NCBI GenBank assembly: GCA_002633005.1
Contig: NMRA01000408.1
Location: 124,001-188,000, forward strand
Source: Phoronis australis
Lineage: Eukaryota > Animalia > Phoronida
Direction of reading: 5' to 3'
DNA length: 64,000 nt
The notes under the pieces are model-generated. The model searched no databases and was not told where the DNA came from. It saw nothing but the letters and a program-made list of their open reading frames with translations. The first letter of the stretch is position 1; each line of letters begins with the position of its first letter. This document shows, piece by piece, positions 24,879 to 42,960 of this stretch. The translations under genes were made by a program, and so were the position numbers.

Positions 24879-27800
24879 CTGACCCACACTAAATAACTCC
24901 TCGATGACCTCAGAGGAAGCCACATTTTGACCTTGGTCCTTCCACACGTGTTTCACAGCAGCTACTGATGAATCAGTCCAAAGCAGAGACTCCTTAAGTT
25001 GCCGTGACAACGCATCTGGGGTTAACTTTGATTTTGCTGCTGATCTAAAATTAAATAAACATCAACGATTGTTTCCAGACATGACTTATCAGTTCCTTTC
25101 AACAATTTCAAACCTTAAAACGTTCATGTTTTAAGAACGAACATTTGTCCTCAGCTGTGCTTCAGTTTAGGCCATATTTCTAATTGTGCAATCTAAACTG
25201 TGTCAGTAAGTGAGCAAGAGAACTGAGTGACATCGGCAATACACACTGACTAATGAACAAGTCAAACATAGACAATACACTAGATTGGAAAATGGATTAA
25301 ACGTGCTGCGTACCTATAAATCTCAGGTACTCAGTCTAGAATTAACCACATCCTGAAATATCAAAGTGCCCTGTCTGAAATGTGGTATTTACCCACAATA
25401 CTCCACAACAAACTGTAATACTGGCACAGAGCAGATCACTACCTAACAGCAGTCATCAAACATTTGTCATTGTAAAGCCAATAAGCTGAATGCCACTGTT
25501 GCCCAGGCAACTGCATTACCAACACCTAAAAATGATAAACTGGGTATGCTATTCTTTTCTTGTCTGCCCAAGAAAGAAAGATTATTTGACATGACCTTCT
25601 GAAGATAAGGTCAAGGTCAATCCGCAAAGAGGAGAGTTGAATACAAGATGTGGTCATTGAAACAGACGGGCATAAAGACATGAATGAACAATCAGTCTGG
25701 TCCCTTTACTCACTTAAACACATGGACCAACGCAGAAACCATGGCATTGATGGAGCCCTTGTTGATATTTGAATCAAGTGCCTCTAAAATCTGTAATGAA
25801 CATTATAGCAATAGACACATTTGTAAAAAACAAATATATATATTTATAGCAGTGGTAGCACTTATTTACTACTCAACACCAATACCAAAACAGTAAGAAA
25901 CTAGAATTTTGAAAAATGGTGCCACTATCACAATTAGCCCACAGTTGCTCTGATTTAAGGGTTCAAGACTAACAACTGCATTAAATTATTTTCACCTGTT
26001 TACGGTAACCACACAAAGTCTCATTTATCCAGGCTTCAAAAGTGAGCCCAACTGAATATTTTTCAAGACAGGCCCAGAAATCAAATGAATCAATGAGAAT
26101 AATTTCTGGTGGCAGAGATGTACCCTAATTAAGGTATATGTGACCAAGTTGTAGATACATCACACATTCTAAAATTTTGTGAATAGGCCAAGTGGAAGTG
26201 TAAACTTCTGCCAAAATAGTGCAACACCATTTTCTGTATCTGCGTCAAAAATGATCAATTTCAAAGTAAGATATAATATTATAGAACGAACTGGTTTATT
26301 ATTAACAAAAAATAACACTTCTGAGTTCATTCCCACTACAGTATAAGCATGGAAAACAAGTGTTAATTTGCCTCATTTCATAACTTTAAATCAAAGCATT
26401 TGACACTGGCCATTGGGTAAAATGAGATGTCCCAAGGTAATAGTCATATTACCTCAACAGCATCACTATACCTTTAACAGACCTCTTTCCCATATCTATT
26501 ATCTTCAACAAGGTTTTTTCTTTGACCAATGAAAATTCTTGTGGTGGGTGAACATGAAAAAGACATTTCTTTTGTATTTGAAATATGTGACTTGCTCGCA
26601 GTGAATGTGGTTTTCTACTTTTTGTGAGAACTGACTGTAGGAAAGACAAAAAACTGTGGTCTGAAAAGTTGCAAAAATGGCAGGAAATCATAAATTGTAC
26701 CTACATGAAAAGCGAGACAACTCAAACTTCGACCCCTTCTTTAATTTTGTTTAATTAGACCAATGGCTCACCACTTAGTTCAGATGTTTTTGTGCAATAT
26801 AGTGAATAGAGGAGGTTGATTCCAAAGACAGACTTGAAAATAATAAAAATGGCCACTAGGTGATACAGAATACAATCAATTTATTCGAATATAGTAAGGA
26901 GCTGTTGTCTACTATACGAAAACCTATTTGCCAAAGTTCATGAAATTCAGTCAAGGAACTCCGAAGACAAAGCAACTATAAAAAAATTAAAATTGCCACA
27001 AGGGAACACACAGCATTAGCTGGATCACTCTGAAGCTCGCCTTCATCAGTTGTCAGCGATCACAGGACAAATCCACCAAATCTCATTAAAAGGAGGTTAG
27101 GAGATACGCACACCGAGATAGAGATCACAGCAAATATGCATGGTTCCACATAAGAGAGCACATGAAAAGTAAACCTAAATGGTTCTTCAAAGCATTATTT
27201 TGCTTACACTGTGAAACTTTTCCACATTCACGGCTTGTACTTTATATTGCAACAGCGAAGCCACTTCATAGCACTGTAAAATAAGGAAGTTACAAATATT
27301 TTACAGCTCTGTCATTACACTGGTTAAATGGTTAATGCCAGTAGCAACAATGGTAAAAGGTGACAGTAAACCACAGTAAAAACATTGGGAAACATAAGCT
27401 TCGCTTACAGTTATATTGTAGTCGATGAACTTGTCAACGGGACATTTTTGTCTATTTGCAACAAAAAATTTATACCAGTAAAACCTAATTTTTCCCGAAT
27501 GTGTCTTTAGCTGACTTCATTTCTGAGAGTTCTCGCTGTGCCTTCGGTCACTGATTCCCCTTTATTAAAAAGACTAGGTTTTGCTTTAGATCACGTACAG
27601 TTTTATAAAACTAGTATTATCTTATTCCTGAATTGGATTAAAAGTTATTTTTATAATGTTGTAAAGAACTAGCATTTTGTTATTGCTTGGGGTACAAAAT
27701 AGCCCACCAAGCCACAGGGGCATATACAGGATTTTTAGTTAAGTGGGGCGGGGCGGGGGGGCAGGGCAGAGTCTTTAGCCAAGATTTTGCCCGTCAGGCA

Positions 27801-29067
27801 TTCGCACCCCCGAACTGCCAAATGGAATCTGGGAGAATTTTAGGGGGGACCATGGCCTCCTTGGCCCGCCCTCTAAATCCGCCAATGGGCCAAACCAAGT
27901 TATTTAGCCCAATCTTGAGAATTAAGGCATTAATTGTCATTTCTAATCTGAGTATGAGACCACTTTCGTAACAGGTACCAATTGGTCCATATCAAAAGCC
28001 AACTTTTTCGTCAGAAAGCAGCTTCATATCTCAGTTTTAAGGTCAATATGAATAAATCATGAAGACTTCAATAAGCAATGCAGTCACAGTATACAAGGTC
28101 ATGATCTTGATAATGCGTTGCAATCATATGCAGGACTGGTAATAAGTTTGCAAACTTGTATCCACGTACCAACTCTGCTGTGACATCTTGAGGTATTCGA
28201 TTAATAATTCCAACAGCTTCTGCAAACCCTGAATAGAAACGTTTGAAGTTACAGTACACACGATCCAATTAAAAATACAAGTGCAATAGACTAGTTGGAA
28301 TGGAGCCGTTTTGGCGTTACGTGCAGAGAAAATAGAGATACGTGTTAATGAATCAGAGAATGGGAAAATATCTCTCAAAGATAACCAGGGATACGCATGT
28401 TTAGTAAGTGAATATCAAAAATCGTTGCAGGAGGTGGCAGCTAAGTAACTGTTCGTACACTAGTGCAACAGGCAGGTCCCCCATCAGTGCTATGGTCTTC
28501 TTGACGTGGCTGACGACAGCTGACTTGTCTATAACTCCGCCTCTGTACATTTCCGTTTGATCTCGAGAACATTGGATATAATGGAGATGCTAGTCTTCAA
28601 TTTCCTTGATGGAATGAAGGACTATTATTATTAGGAAAAAAATGTTGATGTCGAAAGACTTCATTACCTTCAAAGCATCTGTCTACACTTGAAAGATATG
28701 TTGTAATAAAGAAATTCGGCTGGCCAAGTAGTAACATAGTAACATGACTTTGATACTTTAGCTACTAAGGTTAAGCTTGATGTTCGGAAAATCTGTAGGC
28801 GTACAGGATTGGTTATGATTTGCCACCGCATATTTTCCACCACACTCACACTTTCACACTAAGACTATAAGAGTAAGACACTGTGGGAGCTTTGACTTTC
28901 GTACAATTCAAACAATAAAAATGCAAGATTACTACGATCGCAAGTACATAGGTAACTTATAATAATATTGCAAAAGTATGATACACTTTGTAACGTTACA
29001 ATAAAGACAGTGAACTAACTGATTACGTAGGTTAACAACAACCTGCAGGTAAGCTGGAAGCGGCCAT
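24879..29067 (-). CDS. COMMD6: COMM domain-containing protein 6, long form; first five exons only
   Basis: Exons 29067-29043, 28228-28170, 27273-27208, 25790-25714, 25044-24879 give 131 aa: MAASSLPAGFAEAVGIINRIPQDVTAELCYEVASLLQYK..ALVHVFKSAAKSKLTPDALSRQLKE..HVWKDQGQ..LFSVGQ. This is a COMMD helical N-domain ending exactly where the COMM domain (LVDFQWKLG..) begins. The C-terminal exons are not in the visible sequence, probably lost in the gap at 24346. Confidence 0.8.
27714..27887. mobile_element. Degenerate GC-rich non-autonomous DNA-transposon-like insert
   Basis: Imperfect inverted termini CAGGGGCATATACAGG / CTAAATCCGCCAATG around a GC-rich core in an AT-rich intron. Confidence 0.4.
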
Positions 29068-29107
29068 GTTTAGAAAATCATGTGACCGATCATGTGACAG
29101 TACTACA
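29068..29107. promoter_or_regulatory. Bidirectional COMMD6/CLN5 promoter core with tandem TCATGTGAC (MiT/TFE M-box/CLEAR-type) motifs
   Basis: 40 nt between divergent ATGs; TCATGTGAC at 29078-29086 and 29090-29098; perfect CLEAR palindrome GTCACGTGAC at 29412-29421 in CLN5 intron 1. Confidence 0.7.
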
Positions 29108-32100
29108 ATGTCTAGTATTTGGTGCGTCTTGGTTTTGCTCACAAGTGCTGTTCTTTTGGTATCTGGAATTGAGTGGCCAGTGCCTTACAAGTAAGTGAAG
29201 AGATGTGTCAGTGCCTGATGTATGGTGTGTACCGAGATGAACCCCAATTATAGTGGTGAAGATCTGCGGGGGGCCGGGGGCCGATCACCACTCAGTACAA
29301 CCGGATCTGTCCACTCAGTCACAGGGTCCGGCTCGGTCCTGGATTCCATTCGCTTCCGCTACTTCAGGTAGCCTACTCAACCGCAGTCGACAACCGTTTT
29401 ACCCCGCCGATGTCACGTGACACCCCGGCCTATGTGCTCCGGTCGGTTGGCTCCAGATCGCATAATTATATGCTGGGTCTCAGTCATGCACTCTGAACAG
29501 AGATTTTGCCGGGTGATAGCCGGGCCGGGCGATTGTCTTGAGGATGCCCCTCTATCTCTCTACTTATACATGCACGCACCCAGCCTAAAAATGGAGGGGG
29601 CTCGTATTTTTGACTGATGTGGACCTTTTACTAGTCATAAAACGGGGTGCGGTGAGAGCTATGAATTGTGCATTCCGACTTTTGGTCGGTTCCTGGTTTG
29701 TAGTGGACGTTTGTCTCGTTTTTTACCTTTTCGGACTTTTTGTTTCTCTGAGACGGATCTTTTGTTTCTCCAAATGGGGGGAGGGGGCTCGGGAGAGACC
29801 CCCCCCCAGGGTGCGCGCATGTTACATGCGCGGACCCGGGCCTAGTACATAGTAAAAAAGACGAAACATAAAATAGAAACCTCGTTCAATGAAAAGGATA
29901 CTAAATCCTGTCTTGAGCTTAGTGTCTGAAGTCCGGCCAGCGTCTGTAAGTTGGGGTAGGTTACTGCGTACGGCCACTTAAATACGTGCAGTAGCGTTCG
30001 ATTTACCACAGCGATAAGCCGTGTGGCTGTTTGTGAGTGGAATGTACCTGAGCATTCGGCTATTTCAATTGTTGCATTTTTCTCATTTTATTTTGATAGT
30101 TAATTTTGAATTATATTATGACGACAACAACAGTATGTTTTTGGTCAAAATCTACCCCGATACTACGCTTACATGTCCATGTTAAAACAAGGAACACATT
30201 CCCGTGGAATTGCAATAATGAGCGTAAAGTTAATGTTATTACATTTTGTTAAATTGCCGTGGGCTTTATAGTGATTTTTTATTGTCACAACAAGACTTTG
30301 CTGTGTAACCATCTGCTTTCCAGAAAATCTTAGGCATTACTTAGTATGCGGCAAAAATTCGACTTCCCGAATAAAGGAGTAAAGGAGTCCTTAAGTTCAA
30401 TACTTGGATTTTTTGTTATGGAGCCCCTGATAGCGGAATAAATAAAATTGTAACACCAAGCATTACTATACCAAGAAACAAAGCTAGCGGTGCAGATGTA
30501 CCAGACACTACACTTTAAAGTAGTTCCATTGAAGAACACCACTGTCTGTGACCTAGCATACAGGTGATTTTTAGTTTATTTATGCTGTGTCTTACTTAAT
30601 AGTTGTGTAAACAACCTACCCCTATGGACTGAGCTCAGACCCTGAGCGAAATGAATTTCCTGCACTGACAACCAGTCTTCGTTCTGTCACCTGCCAACGT
30701 GTCATCGGCGTCAATCTTTACCAGTTAAAGGCACTGGGGAATCGACTAAAACTCATACTGCCTATGTCACAGATTAGTGCCGGGGTGGTTATTTGACACA
30801 GTTGCCGTGTAATTCGCCAGAAGCGTACTATGTCTCACTTGCCCGTTTAGCAAACTTTGAAAAGAGTTCAAAATATGATTTTCATTGTTTTGTTTCAGAG
30901 AAGTGGATGGGAAAATCATTTTTAGTGTTTGCTAATAGGTCAAAATTGTGTTTGGTATCATTTTAATTACAAATCAGTCACAAGTTCAAAAAGTTTATTT
31001 ATTTATAGTGGTTGGACGCCCCGGTGGATGCCCGGGGCTGTCGCCCCGCCCCCTTCTGCTTGCTACTGCCCGTGGGAATGAAAACAAACTGAGGAAAGGG
31101 GGGTGCCACATACCGGGTCTAACTAGGTGAACGTCTCTGACCATTGATTTGCTTTGTATTGCGTGCGTTTTATTAAGTTGTTTTGATTTAATTTCAGACG
31201 ATTCGATGTGAGGCCCACAAACAATCCATACTGTCAGGCTTTGTATCCATTTTGTCCAACAGGCCGTAAGAATGGTTCCATGCCGGAAGACATTAGGCCG
31301 GATGACCTGATTGAAGTGTTTGCATTAAAAGCTCCTGTCTTTGAATTTGTTTTAGGAGATTTGCTGGGAAAATTGGTACGTTAATTTATTACCGACTTTA
31401 ATTTTTGTGAAATCTGATTACAGGGGCTTACACCCCTCTCATATATCATCAGTCATATCCAAAAAGGAAATAGAAACCCCACGGGCTCTTGCGAACGTGA
31501 TTTTGTAATCATCCCTCGATAAAATGATCGATACCATGATCGTTGATTTTCGTTTGGAATTCAGAAATGCAATTACAATTTCCAGGTATAAAGTTGCGAA
31601 AGAAAATCGGGACTAGAATGACACCAATGGATACACTTGGTTGACTTCACCTGTTTCGCCGTCAACCGGCTTCGGCATCTCAAGTTCTCGATGACGACTT
31701 CCGCCTTAAAAACTGACAAGTCTGATGTCTTGGCCGGTTGCGGACCCGGCAGCGCCGGCGAAGTTAATCACGTGTAACCAACGTAAAATCTGTTTTGACT
31801 GGGTGGGGTTGTCCCACTTGCACCTAAATATCCACATTTTTCCTAGTCAGTTGATCCTTAAATCAGTGACAACTGGTGGACTTATTTTAGCCCTATAAAC
31901 TGAAAAATATTTATTTATTTATATTGCTATTGACTTCATGTGAACCGTTGAAAATGTCCAAATTTTGCTTGCTTCAGGACATCATAGTTCGGGAAATTTA
32001 CTGAGCTATCGGCCTACCGAACTACGATCGCATCATAGATCTGAAAGTTAAGTCAGATACTGTGCGTAATGAACTGTTTTCCAAAGTAGCACACTTAGGA

Positions 32101-35100
32101 TTATGAAAAAACGGGAAAAAGGACGAGCGAAAACGGTAGTTTACAGGGTTGTAACAGCGTTTTTGACGTTCCTTTTTGAACATTTATATCAAAAGAATTT
32201 GGTAGTTTGCTAATGACCATCTGGTTCCAAGGCACAGACCTGCGTTTTATGCAAGGCATTTTTTGTTCTTGCCAGTGGAAAGATCTGACCCCTTAATCAC
32301 GTTAAACACGATTATTTGTAACCATTTTAAGGAAAGTTTGTACAGACACTTTTGCTTTACCTGTGATATATATGTCTTTCATATGATTTCCTGGCAGCAC
32401 CAAAATTATTTGTACATTGTTTTCCTATTTTATTAAAGATGTTTATACTTGATTTAGATAGTGTTTTAATCTTATCATTATCATTATCTTTTGATATAAA
32501 TTTTCTGTTTTGCCATTATCAAAGTAATTGTAATTTATTACCATTGTATTTTCACGCCCCTTTCATTGTTTATACCATTTTTCATTAACATGCTTGTTGT
32601 ATTGCGAGGATCATCTGGAGGATAAGATTTTTGCTCAAGATGATATGTCTCTTACTTTTATCCTCAATAAATATTGTTCGAAGATACGTATACCTTTTTG
32701 ATTAATTTTAGTAAGCAGATAGGGTCACATAACCCAGTAATGTGGAATTCAGTGACAAAAAGTCAAAATGCAAATTCTGAAGCAAGCTTTCCACTTTCAA
32801 AAAATCTACACCTTAACTGACAAATTCTATATATTTGCGGATATTTGGCTAAATCCAGCAGACACTTGACGAAAACTGACTCGAACTGTGCAATTTCAGG
32901 ACATCATCCATGACGCTGTCGGTTCCAAGAATGTTCATACTGGTCTCAATTATACAATGGAATGGTATTTGACATAAAATCAAAATGCAAATTCTGAAGC
33001 AGGCTTTCGACTTTCAGAAAATCTACACTTTTACTGACTAAATTATATAATTTTGCGGATGTTTGGCTAATTCCAGCAGACACTTGCCGAAAAGTGACTA
33101 TAACTGTGCAATTTCAGGACATCATCCATGACGCTCTCGGTTTCAAGAATGTTCGCACTGGCCTCAATTATACGATGGAATGGTATGAACTAGATGAACT
33201 ATTTAACTGTACATTTCCACACGTGTTAAAGAACAACTCATTCGTCTGGTGTAACCTTGGTGCTTCCTGTATCTACGACGGAATCGATGACAAACACTGG
33301 AGAGAAAACGGAACGCTTGCAAAGATTGGGGAAATGACTGGTATGATTTTACAGGGAAAAATTCAGTTTGACCAGGGAGAATAATTATTAATTACCGTAA
33401 TTAATTCTCACATTTTCCATTCCGCTTATGTGCAAACTTAAGTATTAGCGTCTATTATGATGTACTCGGTACATTACGGTTCACCCATTAAGTGTCTAGT
33501 CCGCATGGGCATTTGATGAGCCCTATAGATTCGATGAACATGTGCAAGCTCAGGTAAAAACTTGCGATTTCTAATAAAAACTTGAAAGTTTCGAGTTCAG
33601 ACTGGACTAGCTTTAATGTTTGGGTCATGAAATGAAACTACTTTTTCAGTCATTCACGTAAACTTTATGTACTCCAGCACAGAATAATAGATGCTATCTT
33701 GAGTTAGCACCAAATCAGAACCGAAAATGTCAATTTCGAGTACACAGATTAGAACGCGGGCCCTGTGTCTAATTTTCTGAGCTCACACTCGAAAGTCAAT
33801 CAGTCACCCCGCAGGAGTGGGCTACAAACTACGGTTAGTTTTTAATAAGCGTGGCCGGCAATTTTCGAGTCGAATCTGGAGAACCGGTTTAGTTGTTAGA
33901 CCTGCGATTGATCAAGTGTTAGTTCATGGGCAGCGCACCATAGAGGGCTGGGGCCCACTTTTTCAGTGCTACGCTCTAGTGCACATGGTCTATAGGCCGA
34001 TGCACCACGTCACAGGGGGCCGAGGTGGCTTTAGCCCCCTCCCCCCAAGAGAACTCTTTTCAGTGCTGCGCCGCACCTGAAACGTAACAGTTATTTAGCT
34101 AATCTTTCCACTACGGACTGCCCCAGCATATGGAGCTTTAAGGTGCCAGAGTCGATCAGTGGAAGGCGTGTCCTAGATGTCATTAAGTCAAGCAACTGGA
34201 CAGAAATACTGCTGTCAAGACACCTGCTCGGATGTTATTGCATGTAATCTTCATTATGTGCTTGCAGGTACCATGTTCGATAAGTTTTTCCAGTGGGTGA
34301 AATGGGACAACAGGACTGGAATTTATTATGAAACGTGGACTGTAGAGCAAGCCCCAGGTACATATGTTTCATTTCTATCAGCAGAAAATGTATTAGTACA
34401 AATATAAATTAAAAATGCCTGATAGATCTCAAGCTATGGGCTAAAATTAGTACGTGAAATGAAATGCAAATGTCGAGGAGCCGATCTTGGGCTATGTTGC
34501 ATGCGAGCACCCAGCCTGAATTAAAATATAGGGGACTCAAATTTTTACATTGTGGACCCTGTACTAACAAAAAACGCCAAAAATAACAGATTATCACCTA
34601 TGAATTGTGCTTTAGTGAACTTTTGTCTTGTGTTCTCGGACTTTTTTCTCTGGGGCGGACCTTTTTGCCAACTCACTTCGCCAAATGGGGGGGCTCATTC
34701 AGAGCCCTCGACCTCTTGATTGTGTACCTGGCACTTTACCATTAGTCCTCTGAGCGCACCTATTTTCCATATAACGTTTCAAATTTCACACTTTCTATTT
34801 AGAACTGCAGTTCAAGCATTGTTTTTGGTTGGCCTTACTATTTTTGTGCCTTCATTTATTGATTTACAATTCACACTTGTAGGTGGCAAAATGTGGTTTG
34901 ACTCATACGACTGTGCGAGTTTTGTGCTGCGCGCCCTGCAGGAGATGAACAAAATTGGGGTGAAGTTCAACCAAAGCGTCAAACTCAACTACACCCGTAT
35001 ACACCTGTACACAGAGGAACCACAGTATCTGGGCCCTTACAGCGCCATCTTTGGAGACAAAGGAAATAAAACTCTGGCAGCTGATATTTTAAATTTTTAC

Positions 35101-35298
35101 CAACGTTTCCAATCTCACCAGTCATTCTTTCAATTACTAAAAAGTGCTCTGGTGAGCTTTTTTGAAATATTTGTCAGCAGGAAATTTTACCTGTTCTATA
35201 ACTACGAATATTGGCTTTTGCACATGAACCCCCCATTTATTAAGTTGACTTACAAAGAGGTACCCCTTCCAAACAACTATTTACAGCACAACCATTGA
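29108..35298 (+). CDS. CLN5: Ceroid-lipofuscinosis neuronal protein 5 (lysosomal BMP synthase), 329 aa
   Basis: Exons 29108-29190, 31198-31375, 33118-33340, 34268-34357, 34883-35298 (990 nt). Signal peptide then [91 protein letters not shown]; catalytic His, Glu and Cys positions present. Confidence 0.97.
29569..29821 (-). mobile_element. MITE family A, copy 1
   Basis: Termini CATGCACGCACCC / GGGTGCGCGCATG; internal sequence is the reverse complement of the 62223-62861 element ends. Confidence 0.75.
32763..33186 (+). repeat. ~218-bp tandem duplication copying the CLN5 exon 3 acceptor and the first 69 nt of the exon
   Basis: TCAAAATGCAAATTCTGAAGCA at 32763 and 32980; ATTTCAG|GACATCATCCATGACGCT at 32900 and 33118. 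Confidence 0.9.
34500..34730 (-). mobile_element. MITE family A, copy 2 (degenerate)
   Basis: Starts CATGCGAGCACCCAGCC and contains GCGGACCTTTTTG..CACTTCGCCAAATGGGGGGGCTCAT, the reverse complement of 62250-62300. Confidence 0.65.
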
Positions 35299-37365
35299 AA
35301 TAACCTTCCACAAAAAACTTCAACTTTTGATTTAAACCATGAAATTGGTCTCAGCTTGTTCCTTGCCTAAATCGAGTTATTTCAGGGCTTAGAGAGACAG
35401 TTGGTTATACTGAAGACCAGGCACTAGAAGTTGTCATTGTGGGTCATTTTACTCACCGAGCATGGTCTCGAGAAATAACAAATCGTTATTTCTTTCCAAG
35501 CCAGTAAATTACTTTTCATTTGGGTAACAAGCAAGTAAAGACAAGTTTTATAGCGGTACATCACCACGCAGTCCTTGACATAGCACAAAACTTTACGGTT
35601 TTCCCTGTTAGTAACTTAACATTGGACTTTACATTTCACACAGTTAGCAATCTGATGACTACCAGATCTTGAGGGACCCAATACAGGTAAAAATTGACTG
35701 TGGCATGATGGTCGTCCCGTAGTTAGAGTTTGCCAATGCAAACACAATAGCCCATTGAATATCAGAGTGGTCACCTATGTAATCCTTCTAGGATACCTCA
35801 TTATGTCCTAAAACTATAGCTGGCTCCCTATTGTGTACTGTTGGCAGGGAATGGGGTAAGGGAAACTTGCACTTCAGTTCAGAAATTCATTGGGTTTTGT
35901 TTTGAATTTTCACCTGTACTAGGTCGTTCATGTAATTATAAATATTAGGTTTTACTGACCAAATGATCTGTGATTATACATTATTTAATGCTAAAGAGTT
36001 TGATAACCACTTTGATTAGATTGGTCTGCAATGAATCAATATGGCAATCACTAGTGAGTATTGTATTGTTGAAATGGAATAGTCTGAATTTGTTAATTTT
36101 TTAAATCTTATTTATGGCATTTAGTATTTGATTGGTCAATAATAACATTTTTAATTTAATTTTAAATGTTTAACAGTTTGTTTCTTGTTATGTAGTAGTT
36201 GATATTATTAGTGCACACAATGTTTGTACGCATTTACCAAATGAACTTGATTGATCTCTTACAATGAATTTTATGTACACTGGTAAATTTTCTGATGCCA
36301 ATAAATCATGATTTACACAAAAACATTTAATTAAATAATTTACAAAATATAATTCCGCCAGTCATAGAACCAGTTTACAACCTACAATTTTAGGAACTAC
36401 TGTCAAGTGACTTATTTGCTAGCCAATACTAAATTGACGACACTGAGCTGGATTACTGTCTGCTGACGTGAATCTGACGCTCACGTGAGCCACAATCCAT
36501 GCACAACTAGACATATTCAGAATGAGCAAAAACTATTGATTGAATGAGCTTTGAAATAAATTTGACTAAATCCAAGTCAAATGATGTCAAACAGAAAGAG
36601 TAACATGACGACAATACACCCAGCTGCTTTAACCTACAGAACGCACCAATAGAAGTAATTTGACAAAATGACCATGGATCCCGTCATCAAGGCTGGATAG
36701 AAGCAGAATTTGTTGTATGTCCTCCATACAAAAACTGCCATTTTAAGATAGAAAGGCTTATTTCAAATTCGTATTTTGTCCCACTGGTGAGTTATCACCA
36801 GTTATCGGGAAACTATTCTGTCAAATTACTTTTGGAACCACTCGTCAAGACATTTTTCGAGTGTCCACATTTTGTGCAATGTTGCTAGCTAATCACAGGA
36901 CATCTACCAGCTATTCACAATGTTAACACGACGTGGCAACTTAAAACAACTCTAGGAAGATAAATGCAAAACAGAAAACTGTAAAACAGCCCGACGAATT
37001 TATAAAAAGCTGCATTGATAAATGACGATCTTGCTAATGTAGTGTAATTTCTGATCCACTATGAGTAGTTATGAACGTGAAGGTAGCCCACATGAGATTT
37101 TCTGCAAATGCATGTTAAATAAATGCTGTGACAACAGAATTATCAGTTCCGTGAAATGTACATCACAATAATCTTAAAACCACGACTGTCGGAACATAAC
37201 TGCTGGGCTTGAATACATGGCGGAAAATGCTGCCGGACCACTTCCAAGTTTGGCAACAGGACTTCACACTATTGGAATGCTGCTCTGTCGCCAAGGAAAT
37301 TGGTACTGGACAATACGAGGTGTCCCACCGAGGCACAATGTCTGACAAGAGCGTCTGGCTTCGAC

Positions 37366-42848
<5,483 letters not shown>

Positions 42849-42960
42849 ATCTATGGATTTGTTGATCTTCGAAACAAACCAACCGCCTTGGTACTCAGGA
42901 ACGCAGTAGTCGAAAAACCTAATCACTGATTGGTCCAAAAGTTTGTCTTTCGATCCGGTT
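42849..42960. promoter_or_regulatory. Bidirectional centrin/NSDHL promoter region
   Basis: 112 nt between divergent ATGs; reverse CCAAT box (GATTGG, ~42928-42933). Confidence 0.6.

Noticed and set aside
42886-42902. RFX X-box upstream of centrin
   Set aside because: GGTACTCAGGAAC is only a weak match to the X-box consensus.
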